Origin: an uncultured Anaerolineales bacterium
GTDB lineage: Bacteria; Chloroflexota; Anaerolineae; 4572-78; NAK82
Reading direction: 5' to 3'
Length of the DNA stretch: 48,146 nt
Assembly: GCA_964529945.1 (NCBI GenBank)
Contig: CAZHBM010000001.1
Span: 1 to 48,146, forward strand
Made by a program: the position numbers and the translations under genes
Notes under the pieces: model-generated
Seen by the model: only the letters and a program-made list of their open reading frames with translations
Database searches by the model: none
Told to the model about the DNA's origin: nothing
Part shown: one piece after another, positions 35,509 through 42,438 of the stretch
Numbering within the stretch: position 1 is the first letter of the stretch
How the letters are laid out: the number at the start of each line of letters is the position of its first letter

Positions 35509-36570
35509 TCAGGTATTGTACTTCGAACGAAGTTGGCCGCAACCGGCCTGAATATCCAGGCCCCTTCGCAAGCGCACCGTCACGTCCACCCCGCGAGTCT
35601 CCAAGGCATTCTGGAAAGCCCGCACGTTTTCGGCCGACGAGGGCCGGTAAGCGTCTTCGGCCGTTGGATTCAACGGAATCAGGTTGACTTTGGCCGGCGG
35701 AAACAGGCTGCCGATCAATGTCGCCAATTCGTGCGCCAGCTCCGGCCAATCGTTGATTCCATCCATCAGCGCGTACTCAAAAGTCATCCGCCTGTTGGTC
35801 CGGTTGACGTACTCCGCGCAGGCGTCCATCAACTCCCGCAGCGGGTAGCGGCGGTTCAAGGGCACCAACTGGTCGCGCAGCCAGTCGTTGGGAGCGTGCA
35901 AAGAAACCGCCAGGCCAACCTGCTCCGGCTCGGTACTCATCTGGCGGATACCCGGCACCCAACCGGCAGTCGAGATGGTCATCGCCCTGGCGCCCAGCCC
36001 AAACCCGGCTTTGTCGTTCAATCGCCGCACAGCGGCCCACGTCGCCGCATAGTTGAGCATTGGTTCGCCCATACCCATAAAGACGACGTTGGTCACCCGA
36101 AGGTTCCTGGCAGCCAACTGGCGCGCGAAAAACAGGACCTGGGCCACAATCTCGCCCGGCGTCAGGTCTCTTACGAACCCGCTCTGTCCCGTGGCGCAAA
36201 ACGGGCAGTTGACCGGACATCCAACCTGGGTACTGACACACACCGTCTGCCGCTTGGTGTAGTGCATCAGTACCGTCTCGACCTGTTGCCCATCCGGCAA
36301 CTGAAACAGGGTCTTCTGGGTCTGTTCATCCGAAGACTCCGTCGTCGTCAGGGGCGTCAACGCGTCCAACGTGCTCGAATCGGCCAAACGCCGGCGCAGA
36401 CTTGCCGGCAGGTTGGTCATCTGCTCCGGGTCGGTCGCGTAGTGCTGGTATATCCACGACCACAGTTGGTCGGCGCGAAATGACGGCTCTCCCCAGTCTG
36501 CCAGGAGCGCCTGCAGCTGCCCACGCTCGAGATCGAATAGATTGATCATTTTCCCCTCGTCCAGGCTCAT
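35509..36570 (-). CDS. rlmN: 23S rRNA/tRNA (adenine-C2)-methyltransferase, radical SAM
   Basis: 353 aa with N-terminal FRADQLWSWIY, the radical-SAM cluster motif CPVNCPFC, and MGMGEP. The ATG overlaps the HAD gene stop (ATGA). Confidence 0.92.
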   Translation of the reverse strand: MSLDEGKMINLFDLERGQLQALLADWGEPSFRADQLWSWIYQHYATDPEQMTNLPASLRRRLADSSTLDALTPLTTTESSDEQTQKTLFQLPDGQQVETVLMHYTKRQTVCVSTQVGCPVNCPFCATGQSGFVRDLTPGEIVAQVLFFARQLAARNLRVTNVVFMGMGEPMLNYAATWAAVRRLNDKAGFGLGARAMTISTAGWVPGIRQMSTEPEQVGLAVSLHAPNDWLRDQLVPLNRRYPLRELMDACAEYVNRTNRRMTFEYALMDGINDWPELAHELATLIGSLFPPAKVNLIPLNPTAEDAYRPSSAENVRAFQNALETRGVDVTVRLRRGLDIQAGCGQLRSKYNT

Positions 36571-37391
36571 GGCAGGCTGCCCCAGGCGCCTGTCAGCGTC
36601 TGAATGTTCTCGAAGACCCAGTCGGGCTGCACGTCACTCTCGGCCAGCATCTGCCGGTCCGCCACGCCGCTCAATACCAGGATGCTTTTCAACCCGGCCC
36701 GCTGGCCGCCCAAAATATCCGTCTCCAGGCGATCGCCCAGCGTTGCCGCCTGGCCGGGATTCAGCCCCATCGACGCAAGCGCCATCTCAAACATCATCGG
36801 CTGCGGCTTGCCGACAATGACCGGCGTCACGTCGGTGCTGGCCGTGAGAAAGGCCAGCGTGGCCCCGTTTCCGGGGACCAACCCGCGTTCGCTGGGCAAC
36901 GTGCGGTCCGGGTTACAGCCCACGAACCTGGCCCCGGCCCGGATTAACAAAGAGGCCTCCATCAGCTGCGCATACGTCAACTCCGGGTCCAGACCGACCA
37001 CGACGTAATCGGCTTCCGCCCCGTTTGCAACTTGCAGGCCGCGCTGGCGCACAACCTGCCGCAGGCCCTCCGACCCGATGACGTAGACGCGCGCCCCCGG
37101 CGCCTCCTGAGCCACGTAGTGGGCCGTCACCACGCCCGACGTCAGGATGTTGTCCGTCTCCACCGCCACGCCGAAGTCGCCCAGTTTGGCCACGTATTGC
37201 GCCGGTGTGAGCGTTGGGTTGTTGGTAGCCAGCTTGAACTGGATCGACCGCCGGCGCAGCATTTGGAAAAAATCGGCCAGGCCGGGCAACGCCTGGCTGC
37301 CCCGCCACAGAACCCCGTCCATGTCGATGACGAGCCCTTTCAGGTCCCTCAAATCTTCGTGTTCGTTATATTTCCGGGAAATACTTGTCAC
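36567..37391 (-). CDS. HAD-superfamily subfamily IIA phosphatase (NagD-like)
   Basis: 274 aa with motif I (VIDMDGVLW), ATNN, and the C-terminal motif (GDRLETDILGG). The GTG start overlaps the upstream stop (GTGA). Confidence 0.8.
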   Translation of the reverse strand: MTSISRKYNEHEDLRDLKGLVIDMDGVLWRGSQALPGLADFFQMLRRRSIQFKLATNNPTLTPAQYVAKLGDFGVAVETDNILTSGVVTAHYVAQEAPGARVYVIGSEGLRQVVRQRGLQVANGAEADYVVVGLDPELTYAQLMEASLLIRAGARFVGCNPDRTLPSERGLVPGNGATLAFLTASTDVTPVIVGKPQPMMFEMALASMGLNPGQAATLGDRLETDILGGQRAGLKSILVLSGVADRQMLAESDVQPDWVFENIQTLTGAWGSLP

Positions 37392-37804
37392 TGATTGTCT
37401 CCACTGGGTTGGAAATGATTGCTGCCCATCACAAAGAGGAAGCTACACAGGAGGCGCAACAGGCATATGCCGGCTAGGCCGACGCCGGCTGCGACCTGGC
37501 GTGTCAAGACGGTGAATGGGGCAGCGTAGAAGGCTGCGAAGAAGACAAACGCGCCGTTGGCCAGCATCAGCACCCATTGGTCGCCCGGTGAGGCAGCGAT
37601 CTTGCGCAGGGCAACCACCATCAGAGGGATTTCGGCCAGCGAAAAAACGAGGACGAATGCCATCAACGATAGTGTCGCCACGCGTCCTTGTATCAGAGGG
37701 GCGCCGGGTGCCTGAATCGCCCAGCCGGCCGCCACGACGGTCAGGAGGCCTCCGACGATGAGTCCCACCATCCCGGAGGCAATCAGCCGGTTACGTTTCG
37801 TCAT
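37388..37804 (-). CDS. Hypothetical integral membrane protein (4 predicted TM helices)
   Basis: The sequence is hydrophobic throughout. I prefer the ATG at 37804 (MTKRNRLIASGMVGLIVGG...). The track start is 37852. It overlaps the upstream gene by 14 nt. Confidence 0.5.
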   Translation of the reverse strand: MTKRNRLIASGMVGLIVGGLLTVVAAGWAIQAPGAPLIQGRVATLSLMAFVLVFSLAEIPLMVVALRKIAASPGDQWVLMLANGAFVFFAAFYAAPFTVLTRQVAAGVGLAGICLLRLLCSFLFVMGSNHFQPSGDNQ

Positions 37805-38054
37805 CTCCGTCTTTGGCCAGGTCACGCTCCACTTCCACGGCTGCGGTGGCAATGGCCCAACTGACCACGCCCCACGTCAAGCCCGAAATGACTGCGCCCA
37901 TTCCCAGTGACCAGGCCGTCACCGGAGTCGTTGGATCACGAAAGACGCCCACCACCGTCAAAACAATGCCGACGACGGCAAAGGCGATACCTATCTTCGT
38001 TGGCCCGTTTAGGCGCCCCCAAAATGTGGGATGATCCGCTTGTGTCTCAGCCAC
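37791..38054 (-). CDS. Hypothetical small membrane protein (2 predicted TM helices)
   Basis: I prefer the GTG at 38054, 7 nt after GGGAGG. It translates as (M)AETQADHPTFWGRLNGPTKIGIAFAVVGIVLTVVGVF... The track ATG at 38150 lies inside repeat copy B and its promoter. Confidence 0.5.
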   Translation of the reverse strand: MAETQADHPTFWGRLNGPTKIGIAFAVVGIVLTVVGVFRDPTTPVTAWSLGMGAVISGLTWGVVSWAIATAAVEVERDLAKDGDDET

Positions 38055-38098
38055 CGTTTCGCCTCCCAAAAAGCCGGGCACCCCGGCAGTTGGCTCAG

Positions 38099-38127
38099 AT
38101 TGTAACAGATTTGGGACGCACGAGCAA
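38099..38127 (-). promoter_or_regulatory. Sigma70-type promoter TTGCTC-N17-TACAAT downstream of repeat copy B
   Basis: The minus strand reads TTGCTCgtgcgtcccaaatctgtTACAAT. The -35 is at 38127-38122 and the -10 at 38104-38099. Confidence 0.55.
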
Positions 38128-38143
38128 GCTTTCGCGAGGGTTA

Positions 38144-38239
38144 GGTGCATCTCATTTTCTTGGCAGATGGCTAGAAGAGTCGGCGGCCGGTTTTATCTCT
38201 CTTTGTGTCTTGTGGGTGGCAGGCCTTCCACCCATAAGA
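38144..38239 (-). repeat. Intergenic repeat family, copy B (core plus palindromic arm)
   Basis: The minus strand reads tcttatgggtGGAAGgcCTgCCACCCACAAGAcAcaaagagagataaaaCCGGCCGCCGACTCttctaGCCAtCtgCCAAGAAaATGaGAtgcACC. Confidence 0.85.
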
Positions 38240-38290
38240 AATAGAGGAATACTACCTGATTCGGCGCCAGACGATGTGTGGCAGAAGGGT

Positions 38291-40915
38291 CTAGCGCTCG
38301 TCTGCCAGAGCGGCTTCAAAGTGAATCGAGGTCAGAGCACCGGTAGAGGCATTGCTTAAACTGACACTGCCGCGCAATTCCTTGCGCACGATGTTTTGCA
38401 CCAAGTACAGGCCCACGCCGGTCTGATCCCCTCCCAGGACGGCCTCAGGATATCCCGGCCCATTATCGCCGAACGCAATTGCGACCATCCCCTTCTCGAC
38501 GGAGACGTCTATTTGCATCTCCCCCAAAGTCTGGGCGTCGAATGCGTGCTTCAGGCTGTTGGTCGCCAGCTCGTTGATGACCAGGGCCAGGCTATGCGCC
38601 TGGTCCGGCGTCACCAACACTTGACACGGCTGTACCTGGACCAGTGGACGGTGGCTACGGGCCATGATCTGAACGGTAGCGTGAATGATACGTTCGATCA
38701 GGTCGCTGAGAGACAGAGGCGCCCATTGGCTGGCGGTCAACATACTGTGTACAGTCGCCATACCTTGAATGCGGCAGGTCATTTTCTGCACGATGGACTC
38801 GTGACCCTCAGCCTCGTCGGCCCCATCACGGAATTGCTCGGCATATAGCAGGCCGATGATACCGGTCAGATTGTTTTTCACGCGGTGGTTGACTTCCCGC
38901 AGCAGCGTGGCCTTGGTCTCCGCATCACGGCTGGCCTGCTCGAGAAGCGCCGCGTTTTCCAATGCCAGGCGTCGATAGTTCTGTTCGCTCTGGCGCAATG
39001 CTTCCTCGGCCATTTTGCGGTCGGTGATATCGCGCCCGACCCCCTGGATCTCCTTCAACGTCCCGTCGTCGTCAAAGATCGGCCTTTCCGTCCACTGCAC
39101 CCAACGCGTGCCCAGGTCGTTCAGGGTCTCAGGGTACTCGCTGGTCACCACGCGATTATCGTCACCATTGCTCGACCGTCGCCATTCGGCGATCCGGCCA
39201 AGGATCCGTTCTTGATCTTCGGGCGAGAAACGCTCCAGCCAGTTCCATTCGACGGTCTGCTCACACCGTAATCCGTAGCGCTGGCAATAGGCACTGTTGG
39301 CAAAGGTGAGGCGCCCATCCGGCAACCAGCGGCACACAAATTCGCTCTGGTCTTCCACAATAGCGCGATAACGGTTTTCGCTGGTGCGCAGGGCTTCGGC
39401 GACGCGCTGGCGCACGAGGACGTTGGTCAGCACTTCGCCAATCAAGCGAAACAACCTCAGATCGCTATCGGTCCATCGGCGCCGGATCTGCATCATATTC
39501 AAGCCCAAGAGACCGACCAGCCCACCACCTTCGAGCAATGGCACGACCAGCAACGACCGCACCTTGCGGCGCATCAAGAGCCGCTTGCCATCACTCGTCT
39601 CGTCCGGCAAATCGTCCACGTCCCAAACTTGAAGCACTTTTCCGGCCCGCAACGAAGGCAAAGCCCAGGCGAGCTCGGCCAGGCCGGGGGCGGCATCTTT
39701 GTCTCCACGGCCCTCGATTCCCGCGTGATACCAAACGAAAGATCGCTCGACGGAAGGGACGCTGTCCGGGCCGCCGGCCTCACCGGCGAACAGAAGAAGA
39801 TAGCTGCAGTCGACTGCGGCGAAACGGGCAATTGCTTGCAGGGTCCGGTCGATCTCGCCGCTGTAGGCTTCGGGAGATAGGGTGACAAAGCGGGTCGAAA
39901 TCTGACTGACCAACTCCTCCGCCAGAAGTCGGTGCTGCAGGGCAACTTCCGCCCGTTTGCGGTCGGCCAACTCGCGCCGGGTCTGCTGGTAAAGCTGGGC
40001 GTTGTGGATGGCAACTGCCGCCCATTCGGCAAAATCCCGTAAGCGCCATGCGTCCGATTCCTTAAAATGATTGGGCTGGCTGCTGTTGGCGTTCAGGAAA
40101 CCGATCACACGATCGTCGATGATGATCGGTGCGCCGATGTAGGATTTTATCCACGTCACCTCAGGCCTTTGTACCCAGGCCGCGTACGATTCAACGTCGG
40201 GGATTGCCACGGGCAGGCCGCTGCGCTGCATGCGCAGGTGGTTCTCGATCTCATCCACCCGATACTTGACTTGAGAAATATACGCCTCGCCCCCAAAGCG
40301 CTCGTAGCCGCGCCAGCGCAGGGCACGCATCGTTTCCCCGTTGATCAGCATGATGTCCGCGGCGTCGTAGGGTAGCACCAGCTCCATCAATTGCAGGATG
40401 AGGTCGAGCACCTCTTCGTAGTTCAAGGTGCTGTTAAGTGCAGCGCCAACTCTCAGCAGCACCTCATTCAGAGCGCGCTGCTCTTTCTCGTACTCCAGCC
40501 GTTTTTCGCGCTCCAGCTCCAGCCGCTTGCGCTCGACTGCACAGGCGACCACGTCGGCCAGCGCCTGGATTTCGTGTACCGGGCCGGCCAGACATTCTTG
40601 AGCGCCACTCTGTATCAACCGGGCCGCTCGAGAGCCTATCTCCGGCCCGCCGACGGCTACAATCGGCATCTCAGGCCAACGCTCACGCACGTGCGAGACC
40701 AAATCGTGCACCGGGTGGCCATTATCGATGACGTCCAACCCAAGCAACAGCACGTCGATGTCGCCCTGGTCGAGACGAACGGCGCCGCTATTCCAGTCAG
40801 GGGCCGTGTATAGCACAAGTTCGGCGTAATTGCTGTCGAGCAGGTCACCGTCGGCCGGCGCGAGGCGGGCGTCTTTGATATCACCGATGAGCAACACCGA
40901 CATCCTGCGAGACAC
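38291..40915 (-). CDS. Multidomain sensor histidine kinase: degenerate receiver-like domain, GAF domains, PAS, then HisKA_2-type kinase
   Basis: The H-box is LLREVNHRVKNNLTGIIGLL (HisKA_2/HWE-like). The HATPase motifs are ELATNSLKHAF, GDNGPGYP and GVGLYLV. A PAS segment reads ENRYRAIVEDQSEFVCRW. I prefer the GTG at 40915, 7 nt after GGAGG, or the ATG at 40903. The track ATG at 41140 falls in low-GC non-coding sequence. Confidence 0.8.
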   Translation of the reverse strand: MSRRMSVLLIGDIKDARLAPADGDLLDSNYAELVLYTAPDWNSGAVRLDQGDIDVLLLGLDVIDNGHPVHDLVSHVRERWPEMPIVAVGGPEIGSRAARLIQSGAQECLAGPVHEIQALADVVACAVERKRLELEREKRLEYEKEQRALNEVLLRVGAALNSTLNYEEVLDLILQLMELVLPYDAADIMLINGETMRALRWRGYERFGGEAYISQVKYRVDEIENHLRMQRSGLPVAIPDVESYAAWVQRPEVTWIKSYIGAPIIIDDRVIGFLNANSSQPNHFKESDAWRLRDFAEWAAVAIHNAQLYQQTRRELADRKRAEVALQHRLLAEELVSQISTRFVTLSPEAYSGEIDRTLQAIARFAAVDCSYLLLFAGEAGGPDSVPSVERSFVWYHAGIEGRGDKDAAPGLAELAWALPSLRAGKVLQVWDVDDLPDETSDGKRLLMRRKVRSLLVVPLLEGGGLVGLLGLNMMQIRRRWTDSDLRLFRLIGEVLTNVLVRQRVAEALRTSENRYRAIVEDQSEFVCRWLPDGRLTFANSAYCQRYGLRCEQTVEWNWLERFSPEDQERILGRIAEWRRSSNGDDNRVVTSEYPETLNDLGTRWVQWTERPIFDDDGTLKEIQGVGRDITDRKMAEEALRQSEQNYRRLALENAALLEQASRDAETKATLLREVNHRVKNNLTGIIGLLYAEQFRDGADEAEGHESIVQKMTCRIQGMATVHSMLTASQWAPLSLSDLIERIIHATVQIMARSHRPLVQVQPCQVLVTPDQAHSLALVINELATNSLKHAFDAQTLGEMQIDVSVEKGMVAIAFGDNGPGYPEAVLGGDQTGVGLYLVQNIVRKELRGSVSLSNASTGALTSIHFEAALADER

Positions 40916-41133
40916 AGCGTCCCCTCCTTGACCGGTTCGACGTGAGCAGCCAGCGTCTGTTGCAGACTCAAAAACTGTGCTATTTGTGTGCAATTTACCG
41001 TACGGCAACGGGAACCAATCTTTCTCCGGCACGAACGGCAATATTTGCCATTCTCGCCCGGTGCAGACAGTAGATTGCCCGGGAAAGTCGCCCCTCAAGG
41101 CCAATGGCAAAGCCGGCCTTTCAACGAGCCCTT

Positions 41134-41200
41134 GTCCCATTGTACAATTTTGGCACAGAAATGGACAATAGGCCTTTGGTCACATAGGCGACGATTGCCG
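41134..41200 (-). repeat. Possible sixth, degenerate copy (E) of the repeat 3' block, oriented toward the kinase gene
   Basis: The minus strand reads tCCATtTCTGtGCCAAaAttgtacaATGGGACaagg. The core of copies A-D here reads GCCATCTGCCAAGAAAATGGGAC. Only the 3' block is recognisable, and it contains indels. Confidence 0.3.
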
Positions 41201-41213
41201 CCTCCAAGTTAGC

Positions 41214-41390
41214 GGATGTGCCGCATATTTTTTGTTGGAGAAATTGGACCGGGCCATGGGTTCGGGAGAGACCGCTCACACAGCGTTGTCTCATGACTCG
41301 TGAATGGAAGGTCGTCCACCCACGCGAAAATGAACGGATATTCCGGCCGCCGACTCTTATAGCCACCTGCCAAGAGGATGGGACCACGCC
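41214..41390 (+). repeat. Intergenic repeat family, copy D (5' extension plus core, oriented toward sppA)
   Basis: The core from 41306 reads GGAAGgtCgTCCACCCACgcGAAAatgaacggatattCCGGCCGCCGACTCttataGCCAcCtgCCAAGAggATGGGACcACgCC. The 5' extension at 41214-41281 matches 44783-44860 of copy C. Confidence 0.85.
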
Positions 41391-41401
41391 CCAAAATTGG
41401 C

Positions 41402-41430
41402 TTGCGCCCGGCGCCAGACTGCGGTAGAAT
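41402..41430 (+). promoter_or_regulatory. Sigma70-type promoter TTGCGC-N17-TAGAAT for sppA, 17 nt downstream of repeat copy D
   Basis: The plus strand reads TTGCGCccggcgccagactgcggTAGAAT. The sppA ATG is 46 nt downstream and is preceded by GGGAG. Confidence 0.55.
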
Positions 41431-41475
41431 CGCTCTAGCACCGTCCAGCTCAGGCGGTGCCAAAGGGAGCTGACT

Positions 41476-42438
41476 ATGCGACCAAAACTCTTGCACGGCT
41501 GGATCGAAGCCGTGTTTCTGGGTGTGTGCCTGGCGATTGGGTTGACCATCGCCTTCGTTTTTGCACCGCAGCCAAGCCGGCCAGTAGTTGGTGTGCTTCA
41601 TTTTGAAGGCTTGATCGAACCGGCCAGCGCGCAACAGATGGCCGCCATATTGGATGCGGCGCGCCGAGACGACAGCCTGGCAGCAGTTGTGATGGAAATT
41701 GACTCGTACGGCGGTCTGTCGACCAGTAGCGAGAGTCTCTACCACGCCATGCTGCAATTGCGCCAGGAGAAACCGCTGGCCGTCGTCATCGACGGCGCGG
41801 CCACCAGTGGGGCCTACTACATGGCCGTGGCCGGCAACAAGCTCTACGCAACCGCCAGCAGCGAGATCGGCAACGTCGGCGCCTGGACAATGCGCCCATC
41901 GGACCCCCAGGTATACGCCGACGTCATCAGCACCGGCCCCTACAAGCTGAGCGGCGGCAGCCGTTTCGATGCCATACGCCAGTTGCAGTTGACCCGTGAT
42001 GCGTTCGTGGCCAGCGTGGTCTACCAAAGGAAGCAGTCGCCCGAAAACCCGCTCAAGATCGACCAAACGTCACTGGCCGAAGGCCGCGTCTACATGGGTA
42101 CCGAGGCCCTGGCCCTGGGGTTGATCGACGAACTGGGCGCCACCGCCGACGCCGTTTTGTGGGTAGCCGGCCAGGCTGGTTTGGCCAACTACCAGGTCGA
42201 AGAGCTGTCCGGCTACCTGGACATGGAGTTCGACGCCATCGGCCTGTCGGCTCTGTCCGGGGTCCTCGACGCCGGGCTTCCCGGCAGCGTATTGTTGTTG
42301 GACAGCCGGGTGCCGGCGGCGCTCCGGGCGGATCAAGAGGCAAGCACCCAGGCGGATAAAGGTGCCCTTCAGCTAAGGGCAGCGCTCTACGCGGGCGGCG
42401 CCGGTCTTTCCGCATCGGGCGAGGAGGTGCAGCCATGA
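41476..42438 (+). CDS. sppA: Signal peptide peptidase SppA, 36K type (peptidase S49)
   Basis: 320 aa with an N-terminal TM. The S49 core reads VVMEIDSYGG...VIDGAATSGAYYMAVAGNKLYA, and a GPYKLSG lysine region is present. Confidence 0.85.
   Translation: MRPKLLHGWIEAVFLGVCLAIGLTIAFVFAPQPSRPVVGVLHFEGLIEPASAQQMAAILDAARRDDSLAAVVMEIDSYGGLSTSSESLYHAMLQLRQEKPLAVVIDGAATSGAYYMAVAGNKLYATASSEIGNVGAWTMRPSDPQVYADVISTGPYKLSGGSRFDAIRQLQLTRDAFVASVVYQRKQSPENPLKIDQTSLAEGRVYMGTEALALGLIDELGATADAVLWVAGQAGLANYQVEELSGYLDMEFDAIGLSALSGVLDAGLPGSVLLLDSRVPAALRADQEASTQADKGALQLRAALYAGGAGLSASGEEVQP

Noticed and set aside
41343-41390. A conserved RNA stem within the 3' half of the repeat core (for example CCAU/AUGG or CAUCU/AGAUG pairings).
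   Set aside because: The possible pairings differ between copies, and substitutions are not compensatory. For example, B changes AUGGG to AUGAG without a matching change in GCCAU. With four copies there is no covariation support.
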